Origin: Candidatus Dormiibacterota bacterium
GTDB lineage: Bacteria > Chloroflexota > Dormibacteria > Aeolococcales > Aeolococcaceae
Length of the DNA: 64,000 bases
Reading direction: 5' to 3'
Assembly: GCA_963718525.1 (NCBI GenBank)
Contig: OY970355.1
Coordinates: 3,136,001 to 3,200,000 of the forward strand
A program made the position numbers and the translations under genes. How positions within the stretch are numbered: position 1 is the stretch's first letter; each line of letters opens with the position of its first letter. This document shows, piece after piece, positions 30,849 to 40,472 of the stretch. The notes below the pieces were generated by a model. The model did not search any database, had not been told where the DNA came from, and worked only from the letters and a program-made list of their open reading frames with translations.

Positions 30849-32636
30849 TCATGGTTGCGGGCCGAAGTTCGGCGAGTGCCGAGTCTCCAGCACCTTGCCG
30901 TTGCCGAGGTACATGTGCACACCGCACGGCAGGCAGGGATCGAAGCTCCTCACCGCTCGCATGATGTCGATGCCCTTGAAATTGTCCGGCCCGTTCTCCT
31001 CGAAGATCGGCGTGTTCTGCACCGAGTCTTCGTACGGTCCCGGGGTGCCGTACATATCGCGGGGTGTCGCATTCCACGGCGTCGGCGGGTACGGATGGTA
31101 GTTCGCGATCTTGCCGTCGCGGATGACCACGTGGTGCGAGAGCACACCGCGGACGGCCTCATGGAAACCGCAGCCGATCGCCTCGTCGGGCACGGTGAAC
31201 GGGGTGAACGTGTCGGTTCGCCCCGCATTCAGCTCGGCGAACGCCTTGTCCAGGAAATGAAGGGCCGCGGCTGCCGCGTATGCCTGGAAGTACGTGCGCG
31301 CACGGTCGCGTTCAATGGCGTTGCTCCACTTGGGAACCTTCCACTCGAACTCGACTTCCGGCTTGGAAGCGGTTTTCGGCAGGTAGATCTTGGTGCTGTT
31401 GCCCGTGGCCTTGAGGTACCCGACATCGACGATACCCGCGAGCGACGTCGCCAGCAGACGAGCGAACGCGCCGCCGCCGGTGTCCATGGCGAGGTGCTCG
31501 CCCTCATGCAGGTATCTGGGGCACATGACCCAACTGTAGTTCTTGTCGAAGTCGCGCTTGCCCGGCTTCGGGATGGTCGTCTGGTTCCACGGATGGCGCT
31601 TGTCGATCGGGGCGCCCAATGGGTCCTTCTCGACGAACACCTCGCCGTCGTCCGCCCAGTCCTCGTAAAACGAATGCCCGAGCAGGATGCGGATGTTGCG
31701 GTTGATCTCGACCAGGTCTGTGGTCACCAGCTTGCCGTCGACGACGACCCCCGGGGTCACAAACATCGCCCGGCCCCAGTTGGTCATGTGCCGGTACGTG
31801 TAGTCGCACTCGTCAGGATCGTTGAACGAGCCCCAGCACACGGTGTCCATGCGCCGCCGGCCGACCTCCTCGTACCCGGGAAGCGCCTCATAGAAGAAAT
31901 CGAAGATGTCGTCGTGCAGCGGCACAACCTTCTTCATGAACTCCACGTAGCGCATCAGGCGAACGAGGTAATCCGAGAAGAGCTGCACCGTGGGCACCGT
32001 GCCGACACCACCGGGATAGAGCGTCGATGGGTGGACGTGACGTCCCTCCATCAAGCAGAACATCTCGCGGGTGTACCGGCTGACATGCAGAGTCTCCCGG
32101 TAGAACTCCCCGGTGAAGGGATTCAGCGCGCGCATGATCTCGGCGATCGTCCGGTACCCGTGGTCCGCCGCGTGTGGTGCGGGGGTGTTCTCAGCACGCG
32201 CGAGGACTGACGGGTTGGTCTCCTTCACCATCTGCTCGCAGAAGTCGACCATCAGCAGGTTGTCCTGGAAGATGTTGTGGTCGAACATGTACTCCGCGGC
32301 CTCGCCGAGGTTGACGATCCACTCCGCCATCGCCGGCGGCCGGATGCCGAATGCCATGTTCTGCGCGTACGTCGCGCAGGTCGCGTGGTTGTCGCCGCAG
32401 ATCCCGCAGATCCGGCTCGTGATGAAGTGCGCGTCGCGCGGATCCTTGCCCTTCATGAAGATGCTGTAGCCGCGGAAGATCGACGACGTGCTCCTGCAGT
32501 CGGCGACGACGCGGTTGGCAAAGTCGATCTTCGTGAAGATACCGAGGCTGCCGACGATCCTGGTGATCGGGTCCCAGGACACGTCGACAAGGACCGGATC
32601 CTTGGTCCGGGTTGGGTCCTTCTCAACGACTGTCAT
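30849..32636 (-). CDS. hhyL: Group 1h (high-affinity) [NiFe]-hydrogenase large subunit
   Basis: WDPITRIVGSLG; L1 motif TSRICGICGDNH; L2 motif SFDPCLPCGVH with a cleavable C-terminal tail. Confidence 0.97.
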   Translation of the reverse strand: MTVVEKDPTRTKDPVLVDVSWDPITRIVGSLGIFTKIDFANRVVADCRSTSSIFRGYSIFMKGKDPRDAHFITSRICGICGDNHATCATYAQNMAFGIRPPAMAEWIVNLGEAAEYMFDHNIFQDNLLMVDFCEQMVKETNPSVLARAENTPAPHAADHGYRTIAEIMRALNPFTGEFYRETLHVSRYTREMFCLMEGRHVHPSTLYPGGVGTVPTVQLFSDYLVRLMRYVEFMKKVVPLHDDIFDFFYEALPGYEEVGRRRMDTVCWGSFNDPDECDYTYRHMTNWGRAMFVTPGVVVDGKLVTTDLVEINRNIRILLGHSFYEDWADDGEVFVEKDPLGAPIDKRHPWNQTTIPKPGKRDFDKNYSWVMCPRYLHEGEHLAMDTGGGAFARLLATSLAGIVDVGYLKATGNSTKIYLPKTASKPEVEFEWKVPKWSNAIERDRARTYFQAYAAAAALHFLDKAFAELNAGRTDTFTPFTVPDEAIGCGFHEAVRGVLSHHVVIRDGKIANYHPYPPTPWNATPRDMYGTPGPYEDSVQNTPIFEENGPDNFKGIDIMRAVRSFDPCLPCGVHMYLGNGKVLETRHSPNFGPQP

Positions 32637-32649
32637 TGCTCAGTTCTCC

Positions 32650-33714
32650 TCAGTACGTGGTCGGCCTGTAGCCGGTGGTGAGCTCGGGCCGCGTGTGCCG
32701 CCATCTGGGCTCTTTGTTGACAGTCGTGTTGGTGACCTTGCGCAATGCGCGGATTGCGGTGCCGTAGACACCGATGACACCTGTCGAGAGGTGCGCCCCC
32801 GGCGGCTCGTCCATGAACGGCATGAACTTGTCCGGGAAACCGGGCATGGTGCAGCCGATGCAGATGCCGCCCACGTTCGGGCAACCACCGATGCCGGCCA
32901 TCCAGCCGCGTTTGGGGACGTTGCAGTTGACGACAGGCCCCCAGCAGCCGAGCTTGACCAGGCATCGCGGCGAGTTGTAGTCGGCGGCGAAATCGCCCTG
33001 CTCGTATGACGCGGCACGGTCGCAGCCGTCGTGGACGGTGTCCCCGAAGAGCCATTTGGGGCGCAGTTGATCGTCGAGCGGGATGATCGGTGCGAGGCCG
33101 GCAACCATGTACAGCAGGTAGAGCACCGTCTCCATGAAGTTGTCCGGTTGCACCGGGCACCCAGGGACGTTGACGATGGGCAAACCAGCCTTCGACTTCC
33201 AGTCCCAGCCGAGGTAGTCGGCCAGGCCCATGGCGCCGGTGGGATTGCCCTGCATGGCGTGAATCCCGCCGTACGTGGCGCAGGTTCCGCAGGCGACAAC
33301 GGCGAGGGCTCTGGGGGCGAGGCGATCGATCCACTCGCAGGTCGTGATCGGCTGACCCGTCGCCGCGTCGGTGCCGACCGCGGCCCAGTACCCCTCTTTC
33401 TTGATGGTCTCGTTGGGAATCGACCCCTCGATCACCAGCACGAACGGGTCAAGGTCACCGTTGGCGGCGGCGTGCCACGACTTGATGAACTCCTCCCCGT
33501 TTTCGTACGCGAGCACGGGGTTGTAGAGGTGGACCTTGGGCAGGCCTGGAATGGCTCCGAGGAGCACGTCCTCGATGCTTGGTTGGGTCGCTGCAGTGAT
33601 CGATACCGAGTCACCGTCGCACCCGAGTCCCGCGGTGATCCACACGATGTGGAGATCAGAGACCGGCGAGTCCCTCTGGGTCTTGCGCCCATACGGAACG
33701 GTATCCGTGGCCAT
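32650..33714 (-). CDS. hhyS: Group 1h [NiFe]-hydrogenase small subunit
   Basis: WITAGLGCDGDSVS (Cys-x2-Asp), GTCATYGGI, PGCP, HDGCDR, CIGCTMPGFPD; no Tat signal. Confidence 0.97.
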   Translation of the reverse strand: MATDTVPYGRKTQRDSPVSDLHIVWITAGLGCDGDSVSITAATQPSIEDVLLGAIPGLPKVHLYNPVLAYENGEEFIKSWHAAANGDLDPFVLVIEGSIPNETIKKEGYWAAVGTDAATGQPITTCEWIDRLAPRALAVVACGTCATYGGIHAMQGNPTGAMGLADYLGWDWKSKAGLPIVNVPGCPVQPDNFMETVLYLLYMVAGLAPIIPLDDQLRPKWLFGDTVHDGCDRAASYEQGDFAADYNSPRCLVKLGCWGPVVNCNVPKRGWMAGIGGCPNVGGICIGCTMPGFPDKFMPFMDEPPGAHLSTGVIGVYGTAIRALRKVTNTTVNKEPRWRHTRPELTTGYRPTTY

Positions 33715-33789
33715 CCAACCTCCTCCTTAGTGAGCGATTGGCAGCGACTGATGCTGGGGGATGCATCGCGCGACATCCGCCGGTCATCG

Positions 33790-33825
33790 ACTGTGGCCAC
33801 CTGAACACGGCCCGTCAATCCGTGT
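33790..33825 (-). promoter_or_regulatory. Putative hhyS promoter with an operator-like inverted repeat
   Basis: Minus strand TTGACG (33818-33813), 17-bp spacer, CACAGT (33795-33790); ACACGG-N9-CCGTGT (33805-33825) straddles the -35. Confidence 0.55.
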
Positions 33826-33834
33826 CTTGCGCAC

Positions 33835-34296
33835 CTATCCGCGTTGCGCGGGTATTGACAGGTGGCTTGCGCTGTTCGGTGCGTTCAAGGAACGCAAGCT
33901 CGGTCGGTGCTGTGGCTCATGGTCGGCGACATCCCGGACCTCGCCGACCTTGCGCATGTCGAGGAACTCCTGGGCGACCGCTCGAAGTCGCTCGACCGGC
34001 GCGACGTATGCGTCGATCATGTCGAGGCCCGGTTCGCTCAACTCGTATCGGCGGCGGCTCCTGCCGCCCGCGGTGCGTTCCCAGGTGGAGTGGAGCAGGC
34101 CATCCGCCTCCATCGTGTTGAGTGACCGGTACACGGTGCCCAGGTCGCATTCCACGCCGATCCCGAGGAGCCAATGGTGCAGCTCGTATCCGTAGACGGT
34201 CTGACCGCCAACGAGGTGGGCGAGGATGCACGGACGCAACAACCCGACCGTCAATGCGGCCGGGCGATCGGGCCGGGGGTCCCCGCTCACGTCCAC
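33835..34296 (-). CDS. PadR family transcriptional regulator
   Basis: LRPCILAHL...YGYEL...GTVYRSLNTMEADGLL.S.WE....GRSRRRYELS. Confidence 0.9.
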   Translation of the reverse strand: MDVSGDPRPDRPAALTVGLLRPCILAHLVGGQTVYGYELHHWLLGIGVECDLGTVYRSLNTMEADGLLHSTWERTAGGRSRRRYELSEPGLDMIDAYVAPVERLRAVAQEFLDMRKVGEVRDVADHEPQHRPSLRSLNAPNSASHLSIPAQRG

Positions 34297-34348
34297 ACCT
34301 CTAGCTGACCACCTGCTTCGACTTTACGAGTCGCGTACCCGATTTTCC

Positions 34349-34365
34349 CCAGGGTGTGACCCTAG
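34349..34365. promoter_or_regulatory. Inverted repeat at the LAL stop, upstream of padR
   Basis: CCAGGGT-GTG-ACCCTAG; resembles the CTVGGG..CCCBAG sites bound by actinobacterial LuxR-type HTHs. Confidence 0.45.
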
Positions 34366-37196
34366 TCTTTTGCGGCAAGGGCACCCTTGGCAGCGCTCGA
34401 TACCGTCCGTGGCTGCCGGCCCGTATCGATCGGTCCGAAGATCGGCACAAGCTCCTGGCGGGAGCGGATCCTCAGTTTTCCATAGACGTTGGCGAGGTGA
34501 TATTCGACCGTCTTGATGCTCACCACCAGCTCGTCCGCCACCTGGCGATTGGTCCGACCCGTGGCCACGAGGCGGGCCACGGATACCTCGTGGGGTGTCA
34601 GGCGCCAGCGAGCGCGTCCGCCTTCGGTGATCGGAGCCATGCCGCAACGGACGAGCGCCGCGGTGGACTCCGTGAGAAACGGCCGCGCATCGAGATCGGC
34701 GAAGCGCTCGCGTGCGGCCTCGAGCTGCCACACGGCCGCTCGGGTGAATCCCTCGCGCATCAGGAAGCGGCCGTATTCGAGTTCGGTCAGGGCCCGCTCG
34801 AACGGCAGATGGATGGCGTCAAGGATCGCGAGGCTGGAAACGAAGGCGACCTCGGCATCATCGGCGCGTCCAACCGCCGCGTCGAGCATGGCTCGAAGTC
34901 GTTCAGCGCCGGCGGTGGACTGGGCGCGGTTGCGCTCGCGAGCCAACCGGGAAAATCGTGAGACGACCGTCTCGGCATCCCGGAGGCGGTTGAGACCGAC
35001 CAGCGCCTCAGCGTAGAGGATGGGCCAGTCCAGGATCCCAGGCTCTCCGATGCCGCCGAGGTCCGCATGCGGCAGCAGCGGCTCCAGCGCGTGGATGACC
35101 AACTCATGATCACCGCGAGCTCGGGCGATGAGCGCCCCGGCCATTGCTGCCTGCGCAATCCCGGCGAACTCGGCGCCGACGAGGTCGGCCGCTCGACGGG
35201 CGGCATCCGCGTGCGCCTGAGCCGCCTCCCAGTCGCCGCGCGCGGCAAGCGGCGCGCAGGCGGCGCTGTGAGCTCCGGCGAGCAACCAGGTCTGATCGGC
35301 ATCCTCGGCGAGCGACGCCGCAAGCTGTCCGTGGACGGATGCGTCGTCCCAGGCGCCCACGCGGTACTCCGCGGTCGCAAGCATCGTGAGCGCCTCGATC
35401 GCCTGGTGTGCCGGACCGCGCCGCCTGAGCAGCTCGGCCACCGGCGCGAGGTCGTCGCGAGCCGCGGCCGGGTCGTCGGTGACACAGCGGACGTACCCAC
35501 GGCCGATGAAGCCGTCGAGCGACGCGTCGTCGCCGAGGAGGTGAGCGGCCGGGAGCTCGGCCACCGCGGCAGCGGCCTCGGAGGCACGCCCCGCAAAGAG
35601 CAGGCCGATCGCGAGCACTGACAGCGAGTCGGCGACCGGCGACGTGACGCGGTTGGCGTCGAGCGCTCTGGTCGCCCACAGCGCCGCGTCCGCGCCCTGC
35701 CCGCGTCCCATGTGCACTCGGGCGAGCTGCGCGGCGATCTCTTCAGCCAGCGGGTGATCGCGTGCACGATCGCATGCGGCGTACGCTCCGGCGAGCAACT
35801 CCTGGGCCTTGTCGTAGCGGCCGCCGGTCATCGCGAGGCTACCGAGCACGAAGCCCCTGCGCGCAGACGGTGGCTGCGCCTCGATCTCTCCGGCAAGCGC
35901 CAGCACATCGTCGACAGCCCCGCCGAGGAGCATGTACTCCACCGCCATGAGCGTTCGCTGGTCACGCTCCGGGCCGTCAGCCGTGAGGCGGCTCGCCGAC
36001 AGGAGCGCATCGGCCGCCGCGTCCCAGGCCCCGCGCCGTGCGACCTGAATTCCGAAGATGATCAGATCCGCGGCGAGCTGGGGGTCCACCCCGCGAGCGG
36101 CGGCCACCCGATGGCGAAGCGCAGAGGCCTCGTCGTTCACCAGCGTCGCGGCCCTTTCGTGGAGCTGCGCGCGGTGTGCCGGCCCGAGCGAGTGGTACGC
36201 CGCTGCTTGTACGAGCGGGTGGGGGAACGCAATGAGGCGGTCGGCCGGCGCCCCACGCTCCTCGAGGAGATGGGCGGACATGGCCCGCTCGAGTGGAACC
36301 AGCATCTCCCCGAGCTCGGCGAGCCGCCCCGCGATCGCAAGCCTGGAGTACAGGCCGAGCACCGAAGCAGCGCCAACCAGGCGTCGCGCCTCCGGGCTGC
36401 ACCCCTCGAGGCGGGACTGCACGAGTGCCTCGAAGTCAGCTGTCGATGGCAACGGCAGGTCCGACGGCTCGCGCAGGATCGAGGGCATGATCTCGTCAAA
36501 GATCGCGGTCGCATGCAGCGGGCTGCCACCGGTGTGGGATCGAATCCGATCCGCCGCCCGGGTCGAGAGGTGATCGACTCCCATCGATACGCCGAGGTCT
36601 CGGATCGAAGACACATCAAGACCGCGTACGCGGACCCATGCTCCGTGGCCATGCTCGACAAGGCGGTGGAACCCGGCGAGATGGCCTCTCGGTGACCCGC
36701 TCCGCGACACCATCAGGGTGAGCACGCGGTCCGCCTGCAGCCGCCGGAGGGCGAACACGAGCGCCTGGAGCGATGGGCGATCCGCCCACTGAGCGTCATC
36801 GATGAGCAGCAGCACGGGACCGGTTGTCTGCATCGTTCCGATGAGCTCGAGCAGGGCGGCGCCGACCCAGATCGGATCTCGAGCCTCGCCGTCCCGGGTG
36901 CCGAGATCGGAGAGCGCCGGTACACCCGTGGCAGGCGCGGCGCGCACGAGCTGTTCGATCACGCCGAAGGTGAGCAGCTGCTCTGCCTCCTCTCCGCTCG
37001 CTTCCCAGAGCTGGAACCCCTGCGCATGGCTCACGAAGTGATGTGCCAGCGCGGTCTTGCCGATCCCGGGCTCGCCGGTGAGGAGCGCGACACGTGGGTG
37101 CCCGAGGCGCACCTCGGCGGCCTGGGCGACCAGCCTGGCGAGCTCGTTCCGTCTCCCGACGAACACTACCTCGTTCCGACCGCCGTCGCCGCTCAC
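34362..37196 (-). CDS. LAL-type regulator (AAA ATPase plus C-terminal LuxR HTH)
   Basis: FVGRRNEL, GEPGIGKT, LIDDAQWAD, TGGSPL, FPHPL; LTPHE..VARLVATGRTNRQVADELVVSIKTVEYHL. Start uncertain. Confidence 0.92.
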   Translation of the reverse strand: MSGDGGRNEVVFVGRRNELARLVAQAAEVRLGHPRVALLTGEPGIGKTALAHHFVSHAQGFQLWEASGEEAEQLLTFGVIEQLVRAAPATGVPALSDLGTRDGEARDPIWVGAALLELIGTMQTTGPVLLLIDDAQWADRPSLQALVFALRRLQADRVLTLMVSRSGSPRGHLAGFHRLVEHGHGAWVRVRGLDVSSIRDLGVSMGVDHLSTRAADRIRSHTGGSPLHATAIFDEIMPSILREPSDLPLPSTADFEALVQSRLEGCSPEARRLVGAASVLGLYSRLAIAGRLAELGEMLVPLERAMSAHLLEERGAPADRLIAFPHPLVQAAAYHSLGPAHRAQLHERAATLVNDEASALRHRVAAARGVDPQLAADLIIFGIQVARRGAWDAAADALLSASRLTADGPERDQRTLMAVEYMLLGGAVDDVLALAGEIEAQPPSARRGFVLGSLAMTGGRYDKAQELLAGAYAACDRARDHPLAEEIAAQLARVHMGRGQGADAALWATRALDANRVTSPVADSLSVLAIGLLFAGRASEAAAAVAELPAAHLLGDDASLDGFIGRGYVRCVTDDPAAARDDLAPVAELLRRRGPAHQAIEALTMLATAEYRVGAWDDASVHGQLAASLAEDADQTWLLAGAHSAACAPLAARGDWEAAQAHADAARRAADLVGAEFAGIAQAAMAGALIARARGDHELVIHALEPLLPHADLGGIGEPGILDWPILYAEALVGLNRLRDAETVVSRFSRLARERNRAQSTAGAERLRAMLDAAVGRADDAEVAFVSSLAILDAIHLPFERALTELEYGRFLMREGFTRAAVWQLEAARERFADLDARPFLTESTAALVRCGMAPITEGGRARWRLTPHEVSVARLVATGRTNRQVADELVVSIKTVEYHLANVYGKLRIRSRQELVPIFGPIDTGRQPRTVSSAAKGALAAKD

Positions 37197-37207
37197 GGCG
37201 ACAGATG

Positions 37208-38536
37208 CTACATCCGAACCACTCCGGGTTTTTGGGCCGTGCCATCGCGGCCGGCCACGAGTGCAGCAACACGCGCCATCTCGTTTCCCACGATCATCAT
37301 TCCCTCGTCGACACCCATCCCCGGCTTGGCCAGGACCTGCGCCGCGCCGCACGCCATTGCGATATGCGCCGAGACCTGCGCGGAGCGATCGGTCTCGTTG
37401 CAGGTGCCGCCGCAATAGGCGGACAGGCCGTGGCCTGCAACGAGCAGGAGTGCCTGGATGGCGTTGTTGATACCACCGAGGTCCGGCGTCTTCACATGGA
37501 TCATGTCAGCTGCTCCCGCGCTGACGAACAACTCGATGTCCTCGAGCGTGTTGCACCACTCGTCCACCGCAATCTGCACGCCACTGCCACCGTTCCGGAG
37601 CACGCGTCGCAGCGCCGCGGAGACGCGAATCTGGTCGGCACGGTTGCCTGCGTCGATCACGTGTTCGACGCAGAGCGCGAACGGCTCGGCGGCCGTGCCG
37701 AGCCGCGCGAGGTAGGCGGCGACACGCTCGACATCGCCCTCAAACACAAGCCCGATGGTTCCGTAGACGTCGAAATGGAGACGTGGCGTGTAATCGGGGC
37801 GGCGCCGCAGCGCGATGATGCGATCCCGAACCCATGCCACGTACGCGAGCAGCAATTCACCCTCGCCGCCGAGTTTGGTCTCGACGTCGTTGATGAGCCC
37901 GTGCGGGAGAACGTCGGCCTCTTTGAGCACCATCTTGTCCACATTGGTATAGCGGTCATCTCCCGACTGGACGAACATCGGGACCGGCCGGATCGCAATC
38001 CCGGTGTCGTACTCGTCGCGCACGACTTCGGCCATGGTCAACCCCCGCATCTGGGCGACGGCATCGAGCAGCGCCTGGGTGACGCCGTACCTGATCGCGA
38101 CATGGAGTGGTTCCCCATCCACGACGAGCGCATCCAACTCCTGCGCTGGATCGCGGAAATTCCTGATGTTCCGGCCGCGCAGCAATGGTGCGATGTGATT
38201 CGCTATCGCATCCGCAGCGCGACCCGCCGAGAAGATGGGCGCACGTCCGCCAACACCTGAATATTGCACGGCCGCGCAGTCGCCGTGAGCAACCCGTCCG
38301 TCCTCCATGAGCAGCAGGACTGACACCGCTTCACCCGGTTGACGGATGGCATCAAAGCCCGTGGTCAGCGGCCTCCCGATATAGGTGAAGCCGTCGTGCG
38401 CGGCCCCGTCGCGAATCGCGGCCTGATCATCGGAGAAGAAACCGGTCCGCACCGGGACCGACAGCACATCGGCGATGACCATCGGCGCTCCGGAGCGATC
38501 CGGCGCCGTCGCCGCCAGGGGTTCAGCCTCCTGCAT
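37208..38536 (-). CDS. mal: Methylaspartate ammonia-lyase (enolase superfamily)
   Basis: TGFFSDDQAAI, GDCAAVQYSG, QSGDDRY, VLPHGLIN, HFDVYG, VDEW, KTPDLGG, YCGGTCNET, LAKPGMGVDEG. Confidence 0.93.
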   Translation of the reverse strand: MQEAEPLAATAPDRSGAPMVIADVLSVPVRTGFFSDDQAAIRDGAAHDGFTYIGRPLTTGFDAIRQPGEAVSVLLLMEDGRVAHGDCAAVQYSGVGGRAPIFSAGRAADAIANHIAPLLRGRNIRNFRDPAQELDALVVDGEPLHVAIRYGVTQALLDAVAQMRGLTMAEVVRDEYDTGIAIRPVPMFVQSGDDRYTNVDKMVLKEADVLPHGLINDVETKLGGEGELLLAYVAWVRDRIIALRRRPDYTPRLHFDVYGTIGLVFEGDVERVAAYLARLGTAAEPFALCVEHVIDAGNRADQIRVSAALRRVLRNGGSGVQIAVDEWCNTLEDIELFVSAGAADMIHVKTPDLGGINNAIQALLLVAGHGLSAYCGGTCNETDRSAQVSAHIAMACGAAQVLAKPGMGVDEGMMIVGNEMARVAALVAGRDGTAQKPGVVRM

Positions 38537-39215
38537 CGCCCGGTCGACCCTCCGCCCACACCTCGGCGATCTCTCCGGCGCTCGCCATGTCGAAACGGTG
38601 GCGCATCAGCAGCAACGATGCGTCGTGCTGTGCCCTGTCGTCGCTCGCCACGCAATCGACGGCGATCACGACGTACAGGTCGTTGAAGAGCGCGTCGCGC
38701 GCGGTGGACTCGACGCATCCCTCGGTGGTGCACCCACCGATCACCACTGTCTTGATCCCATTGCTGCGCAGCAACAGTTCGAGGTTGGTACCCCAGAACG
38801 CGCTGGACCGGTATTTGCGCACCACCAGCTCGTCGGCGAGCGGCGCCACCTCGTTGACGAATTCGTGACCCGGTGTTCCCAGGACCGAATATCGCAGCGG
38901 CGTCCCGTCATGGTGGTTGGTCGCGTGCATGCGCAGGTTGAAGCGAATCTGCGCCGGGGAGTCGCTCATCCGATCGGGCAGGGTCGTGTTCTGCACATGG
39001 ACCACCAGCACTGAAGCACGGCGTGCATCGACAAGCAGTCGCGCGAGCGCCGGCAGCGATTGAGCGTACATCGACAGGTCGACGCCCAGCGCCGCGAACG
39101 CGCCGTCAGCGCCGACAAAGTCGCGCTGCATGTCGATGAGCAGCAGCGCCGTGTGTTCGGGGTCGACGAGCTCGCTGAGCTCCGTGAAAACCTGCTTCCC
39201 TTCGACGGTGATCAA
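38523..39215 (-). CDS. Isochorismatase-like cysteine hydrolase
   Basis: Asp-Lys-Cys triad: LLLIDMQRDF, VRKYRSSAF, GCTTEGCVESTARDA; TTG start coupled to the upstream stop. Confidence 0.92.
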   Translation of the reverse strand: MITVEGKQVFTELSELVDPEHTALLLIDMQRDFVGADGAFAALGVDLSMYAQSLPALARLLVDARRASVLVVHVQNTTLPDRMSDSPAQIRFNLRMHATNHHDGTPLRYSVLGTPGHEFVNEVAPLADELVVRKYRSSAFWGTNLELLLRSNGIKTVVIGGCTTEGCVESTARDALFNDLYVVIAVDCVASDDRAQHDASLLLMRHRFDMASAGEIAEVWAEGRPGDAGG

Positions 39216-39553
39216 CGCGTGCTTCCCGCCGGGCCGGTCGAGGCCGGCGCCGCGGGTCTGCGTCGGTACAGGACGTGGATCGACGCCACTCGTCGCTGAA
39301 CCCTCCGGTCAAGGTGGCCGGTGACGCCGTTCGACGCTGCCGGAATCGTGACCCCGACGTGTGTCGGCGTCTCGTCCCTGGCGACGACCATGTACCCGAT
39401 TGCCAGGAGGGCAGCCTCATCCTTGGCATACTCGGCGCGGTCGAAGTAATGGCGCTCGAGCGGCTCCGGGAATGTCTGTCGACGAACCATGCGACGCACG
39501 TCGCGGACGTTGATCCAGTCTCGGATCGAACCGACAACTCTGATCGCCGCCAT
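39212..39553 (-). CDS. Hypothetical protein
   Basis: 113 aa, GGAGGA RBS; its stop overlaps the hydrolase start. Confidence 0.6.
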   Translation of the reverse strand: MAAIRVVGSIRDWINVRDVRRMVRRQTFPEPLERHYFDRAEYAKDEAALLAIGYMVVARDETPTHVGVTIPAASNGVTGHLDRRVQRRVASIHVLYRRRPAAPASTGPAGSTR

Positions 39554-39613
39554 GGGTTTCCTCCGCCTCCGAGTCCGTCGCCGCTGAGCATAGCGGGTGC
39601 TCCAGGCGACCAC

Positions 39614-40402
39614 CTATCCCGCGAACGGCCAGCGTGCGGCGCCGAGCTCGCGCGAGACGCCGCGCGCGGCCTCGACCACCGCGGCCGAGAGTCCGCGCGC
39701 CGGGCCGCGCGGATACACGCGATCCGTGTCTCCGACAACAGCGATGGCGCCCACCGCGTTGCCGAGGCGATCGAAGATCGGCGCCGCAATACTCGACTCA
39801 CCGAGCACGGCCTCGTCGCGTTCGGTGGCGATCGCCTGGAGCCGTATGGTGGACAGCTGAATGCGGAGGGCTGCCGCGGCTGGCGTGCGCTTGGTCAGAC
39901 GCTCGAGTGGCGCCGCCAGCATGTTGTCGATCATGTCGCCGGGGGCAAACGCAAGCAACGCCTTGCCCAGGGCGCTGGCATGCAACGGCAACTGCGACCC
40001 GACCTCGAGGATCTGAAGTGTCGCATCAGGGCGAAACACATGATGCACGACCACTGCGTTCGCGCCGTGCATGACCCCGACCCGCACCGCGAATTTGGTG
40101 CGCACCGAAAGCTGCGCCGCGAAGGTGATCGACCGCGAACGCAACTCGTTGACGTCGAGGTACGAGTAGCCCAGCTGGAGAAGCCCCGCGCCCAGCTGGT
40201 ATTTCTCCGACACGCGATCCTGCTCCACGAAACCCTGTGCAAGCAGTGTCTGCAGCAGCCCGTGCACCGTCGGACGCGCGAGCCCGAGCTTGTCAGCTAA
40301 CTCGCTGACACCCAACCTCCCAGGGCCACCGGCGAGCGCCTTGAGAATTGCAGCAGCGCGATCGACAGACTGGATCGTGGTCGGTCGCCGGTTATTCGGC
40401 AT
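39614..40402 (-). CDS. IclR family regulator (GylR-like) 1
   Basis: [45 protein letters not shown]. Confidence 0.93.
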   Translation of the reverse strand: MPNNRRPTTIQSVDRAAAILKALAGGPGRLGVSELADKLGLARPTVHGLLQTLLAQGFVEQDRVSEKYQLGAGLLQLGYSYLDVNELRSRSITFAAQLSVRTKFAVRVGVMHGANAVVVHHVFRPDATLQILEVGSQLPLHASALGKALLAFAPGDMIDNMLAAPLERLTKRTPAAAALRIQLSTIRLQAIATERDEAVLGESSIAAPIFDRLGNAVGAIAVVGDTDRVYPRGPARGLSAAVVEAARGVSRELGAARWPFAG

Positions 40403-40409
40403 TGCTGAA
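40395..40409. promoter_or_regulatory. IclR/GylR-type operator
   Basis: TTCGGCA-T-TGCTGAA near-palindrome overlapping the iclR start codon; matches the site upstream of dhaK. Confidence 0.65.
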
Positions 40410-40472
40410 TTATGGTCGAGGATGTAGACTAGTCGCTGGTTCGGCGCCGACCGCGTGACAGCGAGGGAAGTC

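Noticed and set aside
34362-37415. 1017-aa version of the LAL regulator
   Set aside because: The first ~70 codons overlap the 3' end of mal; the real start is more likely near 37196.
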